Of a stretch of 64,000 nt of DNA, positions 8,397 to 18,371 are shown piece by piece (position 1 is the stretch's first letter; each line of letters opens with the position of its first letter). A model generated the notes under the pieces. The model searched no databases and had not been told where the DNA came from. It saw nothing but the letters and a program-made list of their open reading frames with translations. This DNA comes from Myxococcales bacterium (lineage in GTDB: Bacteria; Myxococcota_A; Polyangia; Palsa-1104; SHYY01), in NCBI GenBank assembly GCA_009692555.1, contig SHYY01000002.1:19158-83157 (forward strand), in the 5' to 3' direction. The translations under genes and the position numbers were made by a program.

Positions 8397-10355
8397 ATGG
8401 CCAACCAGCAAGAGCACCCGCAAGACACCCTCTCGTCGCTGCCGACCAATCTGCCCCCGCCTTCCGGCGAGGCGCTCGCGCCGTTCGATCCGGTCGCCGC
8501 GGAGTCGGCGCTGGCGGGCGCGCTCGGCGAGGAGGGCTTCAAGCGCTACCAGGACCGCGAACAGATCGGCGAGGGCGGGATGGGCGAGGTGCGCCTGTGC
8601 CTCGACGGGCGCTTCGGACGCGAGGTGGCGATGAAGCTGGTGCGCGCCCCGGAGGTGACCGACCACGGATCGCACGCCGACCGGCAGATGCGCTTCCTCC
8701 GCGAGGCGCGCGTGCAGGGGAGGCTGGAGCATCCGTCGATCGTCCCGGTGTACGATCTCGGCCGCGATCCGGCCGGCGCGCTCTACTTCACGATGAAGCG
8801 CGTGCGCGGCCTCACCGTCGAGGAGATCCTCCTCCAGCTCGCCGCGGGCGACCCTGCTGCGTTGCAGCAATTCTCGCGACGCAAGCTCCTCTCGGCCTTC
8901 ACCAGCGTCTGCCTGGCGGTCGATTTCGCGCACGCCCGCGGTGTGCTCCACCGCGACCTGAAGCCGTCGAACATCATGCTCGGCGACTTCGGCGAGGTGT
9001 ACGTGCTCGACTGGGGGCTGGCCAAGCTGGCCGGGCGCGAGGAGCCGGCGCCGCGCGGGGAGGCCACCACCGTCGATGATCCGGAGCTCGGCGCAGGCCG
9101 CACCGCCCACGGGGCGATGATGGGGACGCCCGGCTACATGGCGCCCGAGCAGGTGCGCGGCGAGGTCGACAAGCTGGATGCCCGCACCGACGTCTATGCG
9201 CTCGGGGCGATCCTGTTCGAGCTGCTCGCCTTGCAGCCGCTCCACGGGCGCAACAGCGCCGCCGAGGTGATCGCCGGAACGCTCACCGGCGCCGATGCGC
9301 GGGCCTCGGTGCGGGCCCCGGATCGCGATGTGCCGCCGGAGCTCGAGGCGGCGTGCATCCGTGCGACCCGCCTCGATCCCGCGGCGCGCCACCCGACGGC
9401 GCGCGAGCTGTGTCAGGCGGTGGAGCGCTTCCTCGACGGGGATCGCGATCTCGGACTGCGGCGTGAGATGGCCGCGTCGCACGCGCAGCGCGCCGAGGAG
9501 GCGGCGACGGTGGCGCTCTCCGCCGAGCCCACCGCCAACGACGAGCGGAGCCGGGCGCTGCGCGAGGTGGGGCGCGCGCTGGCGCTCGACCAGGGCCACA
9601 TCGGGGCGACCCGCACGCTGGTCCGGCTGCTCACCGAGCCGCCGCGCGAGCTGCCGCCCGCCGCCCAGGCCGAATCGGATCGGGTGGCGATGCGCGAGCA
9701 GCGCGCCGCGTCGCGGATCGGCTTCTTCGTCTACCTGAGCTGGTTCCTCTACGCGCCCGCGGTCCTCTGCATGGGCGTGCGCAACTGGACGGTGGTCGGG
9801 ATCTCGGCGGCGCTGTGGGGCGGCGCGGCGCTGTGCTGCCTCGGGATGTACCTGCGGCCGCGGCCGGTCAACACCACCCCCTACCCGCTGTTGATCCTGA
9901 GCTCGCTGGCGGTCGCCTCGAGCTCGCTCCTCTTCGGCGTCTACATCCTCCTGCCGAGCCTCGCCACGGTGAACACCATGTCCTACATGCTCGGCCGCGA
10001 GCGCTCCCACCGCCTGCTGGTGCTGGTGATCGGCTGCCTGACCATCCTCGGCCCGCTCGCCCTGGAGACCTTCGGGCTGATCCCATCGGCCTACGACTTC
10101 CACGACGGCGTGATGACCGTGCTCCCCCGCGTCCTCGATCTGCCGCCGATCCCGACCCAGGCCAGCCTCCTGATCATCCACCTCGCGGTGGTGGTCACGT
10201 CGAGCCTGATCATCGCCCGGATCCGCGACGTGAGCGCGCTCGCCGAGCGACGACTGCAGATGCAGGCGTGGCAGCTCCAGCAGCTCGCTCCCGATCAGGC
10301 GAAGGGCGCCATCGAGCCGGAGATGCCGTCCGATCCGAGGTGCTTCATCTCGTAG
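8397..10355 (+). CDS. Ser/Thr protein kinase with C-terminal multi-TM region
   Basis: Start ATG 8397 within the 1254-aa track ORF. GEGGMGEVRL, VAMKLV, HRDLKPSNIML, DWGLAK, APEQ. Hydrophobic C-terminal third. Confidence 0.9.
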   Translation: MANQQEHPQDTLSSLPTNLPPPSGEALAPFDPVAAESALAGALGEEGFKRYQDREQIGEGGMGEVRLCLDGRFGREVAMKLVRAPEVTDHGSHADRQMRFLREARVQGRLEHPSIVPVYDLGRDPAGALYFTMKRVRGLTVEEILLQLAAGDPAALQQFSRRKLLSAFTSVCLAVDFAHARGVLHRDLKPSNIMLGDFGEVYVLDWGLAKLAGREEPAPRGEATTVDDPELGAGRTAHGAMMGTPGYMAPEQVRGEVDKLDARTDVYALGAILFELLALQPLHGRNSAAEVIAGTLTGADARASVRAPDRDVPPELEAACIRATRLDPAARHPTARELCQAVERFLDGDRDLGLRREMAASHAQRAEEAATVALSAEPTANDERSRALREVGRALALDQGHIGATRTLVRLLTEPPRELPPAAQAESDRVAMREQRAASRIGFFVYLSWFLYAPAVLCMGVRNWTVVGISAALWGGAALCCLGMYLRPRPVNTTPYPLLILSSLAVASSSLLFGVYILLPSLATVNTMSYMLGRERSHRLLVLVIGCLTILGPLALETFGLIPSAYDFHDGVMTVLPRVLDLPPIPTQASLLIIHLAVVVTSSLIIARIRDVSALAERRLQMQAWQLQQLAPDQAKGAIEPEMPSDPRCFIS

Positions 10356-10434
10356 CGATCCGTCCCGCTGGGCCTCAGCCCGCGCACCCAGGGGACGCGG
10401 TGGCGCCACCTGCGGCGGTTCAATTTGGCTCAGC

Positions 10435-11068
10435 TCAGCCAGCGAGCCAGTGTTCCCCGGGCATGATGCGCTTCATGAACTCGTCAAACAGCGGCACCGT
10501 GAACGCCGTGTCACCGTGGTTCGGACTCCAGATCATCCCCTTGCCGATCAGCCCGTTTCGCAGAGGAGCAAGCGCCGTCACCTTGCGGCTCAGCTGCGCG
10601 GCAATGTCCCCGGAGCGGTGCGGCCCCGGTCCGAGTTCTGCCATCGCACGCACGTAGCGCCTCTCCATGGGGTGTGATCGCAAGTAGTCGGTGACCACGG
10701 CCGCACTCGTCGGCGTCGGCGTCGGCGTTTGCGTCGGCGTCGGCGGGTCGAGAGGGCATCGCGCCAACGCCTACGCAAACGCCGACGCCGACGTCCACGT
10801 CGAGCCACCGACTATCGTGGATCACACCCCTCTCCATGGGCGTCAGCCGGTCGAAGCGAACCCGGAAGAAGCTCTCGTCCAGCGCCGCCACGGCTTGCTC
10901 CGACGCGGCCTCGACGTCCTTCTCGGTGATCGGACCTGCCTGAGCCACCTCCCAGGCCCGCTTGCCCCACTCCTGCAGGAAGTAGGGGTAGCCCCTGGTC
11001 TGATTCACGATTCGCTCCACCGCGGCAGAAACCCAGGCGACCTTGAGATCGTGTGCGGGCTTCACCAA
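10435..11068 (-). pseudogene. 5'-truncated remnant of an AAA/ATPase_2-type ATP-binding protein (C-terminal winged-helix part), split by a palindromic element insertion
   Basis: Two ORF frames join as ...GYPYFLQEWG...FRVRFDRLTPMER | RYVRAMAELGPGPHRSGDIAAQL...FTVPLFDEFMKR once 10671-10839 is removed. No N-terminal P-loop domain is present; the fragment starts right after the 3' end of the neighbouring gene. Confidence 0.75.
10671..10828. mobile_element. 158-bp imperfect palindromic element (family D-like, copy D3) with (GTCGGC)n/(GCCGAC)n arms, inserted in a coding sequence with an 11-bp target duplication
   Basis: Ends GGTGTGATC / GATCACACC. Arms carry GTCGGC hexamer runs. The direct repeat CCTCTCCATGG occurs at 10660-10670 and 10829-10839. 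Confidence 0.85.
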
Positions 11069-11134
11069 GGCGTGGCAGGCAGCTGCCTGCGGGAGCGCCC
11101 CCGCAGGTTGGTCAGGGGCATCATTTCGGGCCGA

Positions 11135-14100
11135 TCAGCCCGGCGTCGAGTCCTCGAGGATCTCGCTCGCCGGGGGCGCGGCGAGGTACCTGGAGCGCCA
11201 CTGCTCGTCGCGCAGGCGGGCCGCCTTTTTCCGCACCTCGGCGCGCGCGCGTGCCAGCGAGGCCGCGGCCTCGTCGCTGCGACCGGCGCCGGCGGCCAGC
11301 CGGGCGTGGTGGAAGAGCACCTCCTCGGCCTCGTCGACCCGTCCGGCGTCGCAAAGCGCCACCGCCTCGGCGGAGCGATCGGCGGCCTCCTCGCGGCGCC
11401 CCGAGCGCGCGAGGGCCAGCCCCTCGGCGATCAGCCCGAAGGCCACCCCGTTCGGGATCGCCGCCTCGCGGGCCAGCTTGACCGCCGAGCGCGCGAGATC
11501 GAGCGGCAGGTCCGGCGGCGCACCCGCCGCGAGCTTGCAAAACGCAAGGTAGACCAGCGCGCGGATCTCCTGGTAGCGGCTCCGGGTCGCCTGCGCCAGC
11601 TCGAGGCCGCGCTCGAGGTGCTCCGCCGCCGCCGCGATTTCGCCGCGCCGGAGATCGACCTGGCCGATCGAGATGCTGGCGTCGGTGAGGGCGCTCATGT
11701 CGCGGCTCGCCTCGTCGAGCTCGAGGGCCCGGACGAGGTGGCGGTGCGCGCGATCGTGATCGCCGAGCAGCGCATGAACCTGACCGATGTTGCCGAGGGT
11801 GGCGCCGAGCCCGACCCGGTCGCCGATCTCCTGATCGATCTTCAGCGAGTGCTTGTAGTGAGCGAGCGCCTGCTCGAGGTCGCCCTGGCTGATCGCCACG
11901 TTGCCGAGGTTGTTCAGCGTCGCGGACTCGCGGCGGCGACTGCCGAGGCGGCGGTGGATCGCGAGCGCCTCGCCGTAGGCCCGCGCGGCCTCCTGCCCGC
12001 GCCCCTGATCGCGCTCGATGGTGCCGACGGCGCTTTGCACCTGGGCGCGTTCGAGGAGTCCGGCGCGGTCCTCGGGGTCGCCGAGCGCGGCGAGGGCGTC
12101 GCGGGTGCAGAGGAGCGCCTCCGGATAGCGTCCGATGTGGATCAGCAGCGTTGCGTCGAGGCGCAGCGCCTCCGCCTCGGTGATCCGATCGCCCGCCGCG
12201 CGCGCGGTCTCCCGGGCGCGGGCGCTCTCGCGGCGTGCGGCGGCATGCTTTCCGGTGTCGAGGTAGTAGGAGCTCAAACGAGCCAGCGAGCGCGCCAGGC
12301 GCCCCGCGTCGCCGAGGTCCTCCGCCAGCCGGCGCATGACGGTCACCTCGGCCAGCTCGTCGTCGCGCTGACCGAGGGCGCGCAGGATCTGCTCGCGCTC
12401 GGCGTGAAGATCCCAGCACTCGGCCCGCAGAGCCGGTTGGTCGCCGAAGAGCGCCAGCGCCTGGCCGAAGTGGCGCCAGGCCTCGGCGTTGCCCGAGACA
12501 TCGCGGGCGTGGATCCCGGCGCGGGCGAAGGCGCGACCCGCTTCGATCGGCTCCCCCGCCGCCTGGAGGTGATGGGCGATCCGCGCGTCGTCGGCGCCGC
12601 GATGGTAGGACGGCGATCCGGCGAGGCGCTCGGCGGCGCGGCGGTGGAAGGAGGCGCGCACCTCGGCGGCCAATCCACCGTAGGCGATCTCCTGGGCGAG
12701 CGCGCTGCGGAAGGCGAACTCTCCGCGCGGCTCCGTGGACCTCGCCGCCGCCTGGGGCCCCTCCTCGACCGGCACGAGCAACCCGCGCACGGTGAGGCGC
12801 TCGATCAGCGGCGCGGCGTCGACACTGTCGAGGAGGGCGGCGAGATCGACCGCGCGGAAGATCCGGCCGAGCACCGCCGCGGCGCGCACCGCGGCGCGCT
12901 CCTCGTCGGGGAGGCGGTCGAGACGGGCGCCGATCAGCGCCTCGATCGAGAGCGGCACGGCGACCTCGGTGTCGAGGCGCTTGAGGGCGAAGCCGCCGCT
13001 CTCGCCCACCGCCAGGATCCCGCGCTCGGCCAGCGACTCGAGGATCTCGTTCAGGTAGAACGGGTTGCCGCCTGCCCGGTCGAGGGTGGTGCGGATCAGC
13101 GCCGCCACCGCCTCGTCGTCGGGGCGCTCGAAGCGCGCGCGGAGGAGCCCCTCACGCGCCCGCGGGGAGAGCTCGCCGACGAAGATCGGGCTGACGTTCG
13201 GCTCGCCGAGCAGGATCTCGATCCGCGCGTCCTCGTGCAGCGTCTCGGGCCCCGGGACGCCCGCGCGGGTGGTCCCGGCGATGACGATCTCCACGCCACC
13301 GTCGTCGGTGTCCGCCAGCTCGGGGGGACGCGCCTCGTGGCGCGCGGTGGCGAGGATCAGGACCGGCCGCGGCAGCGGGTCGCGCGCCAGAGCGAGGAGG
13401 AGCTCGAAGGACTGGGTGTCGGCGAAGTGGAGATCCTCGACGATGAGCACCAGGGTGCGCTCGCGCGCCAGGCGGTCCCCGATGGCGCGGATGCCCTGGT
13501 AGAGACGGTGGCGGCGCTCCGCCGGGTCGATCTCGTCAGCGCCGGGCACGTGGAGACCGAGCAGGAGCGCGAGCGCCTCGGTGATCGGCTTCACCCGCTT
13601 CCCACCGTCGCCGCTGAACAGCTCGGCGACCCCTGCCTGGATCATCCGCTTCAGGTCGCGCGGCTCCGCAACGTCTCCCACGCCGAGGAGGTCGCGGGCG
13701 AGGTCGGCGGTGAGCGCGTAGGGGGTGTCGCGGCGGCCCAGGCTGCCGACGGTGCGGAGCACGAGGTGGGTGGCGGGATCGAGCCGCGCCCACAGCCGGG
13801 CGACGAGCGAGCGCTTGCCGACACCGCGATCGCCGACGGCAAGGAGAAATCGCCCCTGGCCGCGGGTCGCCACGTCGCGCGCGGCGTCCTCCAGCGCCTG
13901 CAGCTCCAGCTCGCGTCCCCACAGCGCGCTCCCCGGCGCCGTCATCCGCTCCGCCCGCGGCGTCGCGCCGAGCGTTCGGAACACGCGCACACGCGACGGC
14001 TCGCCCGGCTCCACGGCTTCGGCCGGGGAGGCGCCTTGCGCCGCGAGGCCGATCGCCTCCAGCTCCTCGAACCGCCACTCGCCGCGCGCCGCCCGGAAGA

Positions 14101-15682
14101 CCTCGCCACCGACGAGCACCTCCCCCGGCATCGCCTCCTCGGCGAGGCGGCGCGCTATGCTCCCGACCGGGGCGCACAGCTCGTGCTCGAAGCGCGCGTC
14201 GCCGGTGACCGTGCTCCGCCCGACCAGCGCCGCCCCGGCCTCGACCCCGATCGAGAGGTGCAGCGGCGGGCGGAGATCGCGCACGATCCCGTCGAGTGCG
14301 TCGATCAGCGCCAGCGCGAGCTGGATCGCCCGCGACGGGTCGTCCTCGGCGCCCACCGGCAAGCCGATCAGGTAGGTGAAGCCGCGCTCGTCGAGGCGAT
14401 CGGCATGGGCGTGATGCTTGTATGCGACGTGCTCCGCCACGCGCAGGAAGTCGAGCAGCACGCCGCGCGCGCGCGTTTCGCCGAGCTGCCGACGCAGCGC
14501 CGCGAGCCCGCCGAGCGCCCCCTCGACCACCACCACGTTCTTCCGCTCGCGCGGTCCGGCCACGAGCGGCAGGTGGCCCGCGTCGCCCGAGGTCACCGAC
14601 GCGGTCGGCGTCACCGACGGTCCGGTGGCGAGCTCGTCGTCGTTCGGCTGGGTAGGCGAGGTCTCCTCGGTCGAGGAGGCCACCGCGCGCCGCGCCGCAG
14701 CACGCGCCTCGACTCCGCCGGCCTCCTGCGGCTCTTCCAGCGCGCGGATCCGGTTGCGCTCGGCCTGCGGCACCACCTGCGCGACGAACGCCGCCATCGC
14801 CCCCGACTCGTAGATCTCCCCCTCCTGCGACCCGAGGCTGAAGAAGAACTTGCCGAGCGCCTGCTGGAGATCGCGCGCGGTCTGGAAGCGATCCTCGGCC
14901 CGCCGCGCGAGGGACTTGAGGATGATCCGCTCGAGCTCCTCGGGCAGATCGGGATCGGCGTCGCGCGGGCGCGGCACGAGCGCGCTGCGGATCGCCTCCA
15001 GCGCCTGCCGCTCGCCCATTCGCCCGAACAGCGCGCGCCCGGTGGTGAGCTCGTAGAGGACGATCCCCGCGGCGAAGATGTCCGAGCGCCGGTCGATGGG
15101 GAGGCCCGACGCCTGCTCGGGCGACATGTAGGCGAACTTTCCCTTCACCACCCCTTCGTCGGGCTTCTGCCCGCGCGCCCGCGCGATCCCGAAGTCGACG
15201 ATCTTCACCGCTCCGTCGAAGCTGACCAGGATGTTCTGCGGCGAGACGTCGCGGTGAACGATGTGCAGCGCCTCGCCCGCGTCGTCGGCCTTGCGATGGG
15301 CGTAATCGAGCCCCTTCGCCACCTGCTGCATCACGTAGGCGGCGAGCCCCGGGGGCACCTTGCGGCCGGCGGCGGCGGCGGCGTGGATCAGGCGGAGGAG
15401 ATCGACCCCCTCGACGCGCTCCATCGCCAGGAAGTAGGTGTGCCCGAGCTGCCCGTAGTTGAAGGTCTGGACGATGTTCGGGTGATTCAGGATCACCCCG
15501 ATCTTCGCCTCGTCCTCGAACATCGCGCGGAACTGCGGCGCCTGGGCCAGCCCGGGGTGGATCTTCTTGATCACCAGCACCTTCGAGAGCCCCCCGATGA
15601 GCGGCTCGCGCGCGAGGAACACCTCGGCCATGCCGCCGGCGCCGAGCCGTCGCAAGATCTGGTATTTGCCGAACGGCTCCAC
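11135..15682 (-). CDS. 1515-aa multidomain Ser/Thr kinase: kinase, cyclase-homology-like region, P-loop NTPase (STAND-like), TPR array
   Basis: GAGGMAEVFLA, LVIKKI, HRDVSPQNILV, DFGIAR, SPEQ. Central Walker A GDRGVGKRS. C-terminal repeated A/L-rich TPR-like helices. The 1674-aa plus-strand ORF is its shadow. Confidence 0.93.
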   Translation of the reverse strand: MEPFGKYQILRRLGAGGMAEVFLAREPLIGGLSKVLVIKKIHPGLAQAPQFRAMFEDEAKIGVILNHPNIVQTFNYGQLGHTYFLAMERVEGVDLLRLIHAAAAAGRKVPPGLAAYVMQQVAKGLDYAHRKADDAGEALHIVHRDVSPQNILVSFDGAVKIVDFGIARARGQKPDEGVVKGKFAYMSPEQASGLPIDRRSDIFAAGIVLYELTTGRALFGRMGERQALEAIRSALVPRPRDADPDLPEELERIILKSLARRAEDRFQTARDLQQALGKFFFSLGSQEGEIYESGAMAAFVAQVVPQAERNRIRALEEPQEAGGVEARAAARRAVASSTEETSPTQPNDDELATGPSVTPTASVTSGDAGHLPLVAGPRERKNVVVVEGALGGLAALRRQLGETRARGVLLDFLRVAEHVAYKHHAHADRLDERGFTYLIGLPVGAEDDPSRAIQLALALIDALDGIVRDLRPPLHLSIGVEAGAALVGRSTVTGDARFEHELCAPVGSIARRLAEEAMPGEVLVGGEVFRAARGEWRFEELEAIGLAAQGASPAEAVEPGEPSRVRVFRTLGATPRAERMTAPGSALWGRELELQALEDAARDVATRGQGRFLLAVGDRGVGKRSLVARLWARLDPATHLVLRTVGSLGRRDTPYALTADLARDLLGVGDVAEPRDLKRMIQAGVAELFSGDGGKRVKPITEALALLLGLHVPGADEIDPAERRHRLYQGIRAIGDRLARERTLVLIVEDLHFADTQSFELLLALARDPLPRPVLILATARHEARPPELADTDDGGVEIVIAGTTRAGVPGPETLHEDARIEILLGEPNVSPIFVGELSPRAREGLLRARFERPDDEAVAALIRTTLDRAGGNPFYLNEILESLAERGILAVGESGGFALKRLDTEVAVPLSIEALIGARLDRLPDEERAAVRAAAVLGRIFRAVDLAALLDSVDAAPLIERLTVRGLLVPVEEGPQAAARSTEPRGEFAFRSALAQEIAYGGLAAEVRASFHRRAAERLAGSPSYHRGADDARIAHHLQAAGEPIEAGRAFARAGIHARDVSGNAEAWRHFGQALALFGDQPALRAECWDLHAEREQILRALGQRDDELAEVTVMRRLAEDLGDAGRLARSLARLSSYYLDTGKHAAARRESARARETARAAGDRITEAEALRLDATLLIHIGRYPEALLCTRDALAALGDPEDRAGLLERAQVQSAVGTIERDQGRGQEAARAYGEALAIHRRLGSRRRESATLNNLGNVAISQGDLEQALAHYKHSLKIDQEIGDRVGLGATLGNIGQVHALLGDHDRAHRHLVRALELDEASRDMSALTDASISIGQVDLRRGEIAAAAEHLERGLELAQATRSRYQEIRALVYLAFCKLAAGAPPDLPLDLARSAVKLAREAAIPNGVAFGLIAEGLALARSGRREEAADRSAEAVALCDAGRVDEAEEVLFHHARLAAGAGRSDEAAASLARARAEVRKKAARLRDEQWRSRYLAAPPASEILEDSTPG

Positions 15683-15701
15683 GCCCGCGCGGAGGATAGC
15701 A

Positions 15702-16358
15702 CTACCGCGGAGTGATCTTCAGGTTGTCGAAGTGCAGCTCGGCTTCCCAGTTGTTGATCGCGAAGAAGCGGTGGTTCTCGCCTTCGAGAGGCTGGGCGTC
15801 CTCGAAAGAGAGGAAGGGAGCGCCGTCGACCTGCCAGTCGACCTTCCCTTGGCCGCCGGTGCGCTCGATCCGCCAGTGGTACTTCTGCCCCTTCACCACG
15901 CGCGGCTCGCTGCGCGTGTGGCGGTCGCCGCCGTGCTCGTGCATGCGCGCCAGCGTCGAGGTGGTGTTGCGCCAGCCGCCGAAGATGAAGTTGTAGGCGG
16001 TGGAGGTGTAGGCGGCGGTCTTGTCGCCGGTGGCGAAGGATTTTCCGTCGCCCCACACCTCGACCTTGAGATCGCCCGCGTCGTCGTTCGACCAGCAATC
16101 GAATTCGATCACCGCGTCGCGCGGGATCGGGCGGGTGAGCCACAGGGGGTGGTTGTAGCCGCGCGCCACGACCAGCTCGCCGTTCACGATCTTGTAGGCC
16201 TCAGCGTCGGTGGCGAGCCAGTCGGGGCCGAGCGACGGGCGGTTGAAGTCGTCGCTCCAGGCGGCGGTGATCGCCGGCTTCGCCTCCGGGGCGATCTCGG
16301 TGCAGGTGCAGCCGGGGTTGAGGGCGGCGAGAGCGAACAGTGCGAGGAGGGCGCGCAT
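15702..16358 (-). CDS. lipoprotein, possibly a DUF1080/LamG-like beta-sandwich
   Basis: Lipobox LAALNPGC. 218 aa with balanced composition. The fold assignment is a guess from W/F/G-rich beta-strand patterning. Confidence 0.7.
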   Translation of the reverse strand: MRALLALFALAALNPGCTCTEIAPEAKPAITAAWSDDFNRPSLGPDWLATDAEAYKIVNGELVVARGYNHPLWLTRPIPRDAVIEFDCWSNDDAGDLKVEVWGDGKSFATGDKTAAYTSTAYNFIFGGWRNTTSTLARMHEHGGDRHTRSEPRVVKGQKYHWRIERTGGQGKVDWQVDGAPFLSFEDAQPLEGENHRFFAINNWEAELHFDNLKITPR

Positions 16359-16388
16359 GGGTTCTCCATTCTCAGGTTGGCTGATCTA

Positions 16389-16775
16389 CTAGTTCCGAGA
16401 ATCGTCGCGGCGCGCGAAGATTCTCGAGCGGCCAGAGGCCGCGTCGGCGCGCAGTCGCGCCGTGGGCAGGGGTGGGGACCCCGACGGCTCTGCCAGGCTC
16501 TGCCGGCGGGGCGGGGCGGCCCGCCCCGTGGGATCGTTCAGCGCGGCCCACGGGCTGCGCTTTTGGTTGCGGCCTGTGGGCCGCGCTGAGAGCCTGTGAG
16601 TGAATCCCGGACCGTTGCTTTCCGAGCCTGCTGCACGCCGGCGATTGCCGGCGAGCCCCGCGAGCGAGACGCAAGCAGCGCGAGGCGCGACGAGGAAACC
16701 TACTCTCTGTAGAGTGACGAGGAGCAACGAAGCGATGCGCCGCGGATCGCTCGCGAGGCGGCGGGAGGGATTTGC
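16389..16775. repeat. composite intergenic repeat region holding copies of the family C GC-rich core and the family B-like core
   Basis: 16462-16535 matches 4362-4425 (GGGGTGGGGACC...GGGGCGGGGCGGC.CGCCCCGTGGGATC). 16675-16775 resembles the centre of family B (GAGGCGCGACGA...TACTCTCTGTA...GACGAGGAGC). Hairpin GAGAATC/GATTCTC at 16397-16425. Confidence 0.6.
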
Positions 16776-18371
16776 TCACGGGCTCTGAGAGCTGGCCATC
16801 GATCGGTCGAGCAGCCAGCGCAGCGCCGCGAGCCGCTCCCGGACCTCGCGCGCCGTCGGGCGGGCCGCAGGATCGCGCGACAGCAACCGATCGACCAGCT
16901 CGCGCACATCGCGGGTGATGACGTGGCCGAGCGACGTGATCACCGAGTCGGGGAGCGCGGCGAGCAGCGTCTCGCCACGCACCAGGGCCGCGCGATCGAA
17001 CGGCGCCGCGCCGGCCAGCATCTCGTGGAGGATCACCCCGACGGCATAGAGGTCCGATGCCGTGGTCGCCTCACCACGCCTCTGCTCGGGCGCCATGTAA
17101 CCGAGGGTGCCGGTGGCCTCGGTGGGCGCGGCGTCGACAAGGTGGGCGAGACCAAAGTCACCCAGGACGAGGTCGCCCTCGGCGAGCGCGGCCAGCGACG
17201 ACGGGAGCGGCCGGAAGAGCAGGTTCCCGGGCTTGATGTCGCGGTGGACGATCCCCGCGCGGTGGACCGCCTCGAGGGTGGTGCACAGCTCCACGCCGCG
17301 CCGAAGCGCCGCCGCCGGGGCCAGCCGCCCGCGCTGGAGGAGATCGCGCAGCGTCCCGCCCGCGCACAGCTCCATCGCCACCAGATTGCGCTCCTCGTCG
17401 AGGTCGTAGATCGCCACCACGCCCGGGTGGCGGAGCGCGGCGGCGATCCGCGCCTCGTTGAACGAGCGCACTCGCGCCTCGGCCCGCGCCCGCGCCGAGG
17501 CGTTCGGGTGGAGCAGCTTGAGCGCCACGTCGCGCTCGAGCTCGAGGTCGCGCGCGAGGTAGACCGCCCCCGCGGCGCCGCGCCCGAGCTCGCGCTTCAG
17601 GCGGTAGCGCGCGCTCACTTCCGGTCCGAGCCCGCCCACGCCGGCGATGGTCTCCGCGGCGGCGGCGGTGTGGGAGGACTCCTGGCGCGGCCGGAGGCGA
17701 TCGGCTCGGCCGCGCGCCTTCGGGTAGTCGATGTCGACGGCGATCACCCGCTCGTAGTCGCGCCGCGCCGCGGCGAGATCGCCCGCCCGCTCGTGGGCCT
17801 CCGCGAGCAGGAAGCGGGCGCGCAGCGCATGCTGCGGCGCAGCAAGAAGGCGCTCCAGGTGCGGGATCGCCGTCTCGTGCTCCAGGCGATCGCAGAGCAG
17901 CTCGACGAGCCGCGCCGCGAGGTCGAGGTCGTCGGGGCGCGCGGCGGCAAAGCGGGCGAGGAGCTCGATCGCGGTGCGCTCGCGGTGGGTGGCGAGGAGG
18001 CGCTCGATCGCCGACCAGAACTCACGACCCCCGAGGACGATCGCGCTCGGAGGCGCCGGCGGGACGGGCGATCCGGCGAGCGGGCTCTGCTCCGGCGCGG
18101 GCCCCACGCGGGCGAGCAGCTGGCGCAGGAAGGCCTCCTCGGCGGGCATCGGCGGCGCCTCCGCGTCGGGAGGACGCGCGGGGGGCGCCTGTGGCCTGCG
18201 CGGCGACGGCGGCTCGGGCGGCCGGAAGGCGCCCTTCACCCGGCTCCAGAACGACTGAGCCTCATCGACCCGCCGAAGGCGGCTCCACAGCGTCCCCTGG
18301 GTCTTCGGGGACGGAGCCTCATCGACCCGCCGAAGGCGGCTCCACAGCGTCCCCTGGGTCTTCGGGGACAT
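16776..18371 (-). CDS. Ser/Thr protein kinase with N-terminal duplicated peptide, Pro-rich linker and TPR-like region; kinase domain is C-terminal
   Basis: Start ATG 18371-18369 overlaps the TGA of the upstream FHA gene by 1 nt. GRGAAGAVYLA, VALKLL, HRDIKPGNLLF, DFGLAH, APEQ. Confidence 0.9.
   Translation of the reverse strand: MSPKTQGTLWSRLRRVDEAPSPKTQGTLWSRLRRVDEAQSFWSRVKGAFRPPEPPSPRRPQAPPARPPDAEAPPMPAEEAFLRQLLARVGPAPEQSPLAGSPVPPAPPSAIVLGGREFWSAIERLLATHRERTAIELLARFAAARPDDLDLAARLVELLCDRLEHETAIPHLERLLAAPQHALRARFLLAEAHERAGDLAAARRDYERVIAVDIDYPKARGRADRLRPRQESSHTAAAAETIAGVGGLGPEVSARYRLKRELGRGAAGAVYLARDLELERDVALKLLHPNASARARAEARVRSFNEARIAAALRHPGVVAIYDLDEERNLVAMELCAGGTLRDLLQRGRLAPAAALRRGVELCTTLEAVHRAGIVHRDIKPGNLLFRPLPSSLAALAEGDLVLGDFGLAHLVDAAPTEATGTLGYMAPEQRRGEATTASDLYAVGVILHEMLAGAAPFDRAALVRGETLLAALPDSVITSLGHVITRDVRELVDRLLSRDPAARPTAREVRERLAALRWLLDRSMASSQSP
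18257..18370. repeat. near-perfect 57-bp tandem duplication (2 copies) at the extreme 5' end of the kinase gene
   Basis: Copies at 18257-18313 and 18314-18370 encode SPKTQGTLWSRLRRVDEA(P/Q) twice, directly after the start codon. Confidence 0.9.

Noticed and set aside
7008-10409. Upstream 700 codons of the 1133-aa minus-strand ORF, and the first 600 codons of the 1254-aa plus-strand ORF (6591-10355)
   Set aside because: Only the DegP part (7008-8303) and the kinase part (8397-10355) have real motifs and sensible starts. The remainders are mutual antisense read-through.
10691-15715. 1674-aa plus-strand ORF, the longest in the track
   Set aside because: It lies antisense to the 1515-aa kinase gene (11135-15682), which has clear Hanks, Walker-A and TPR motifs. 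The plus-strand product is Arg/Ala/Gly/Leu low-complexity sequence typical of shadow ORFs in high-GC DNA.
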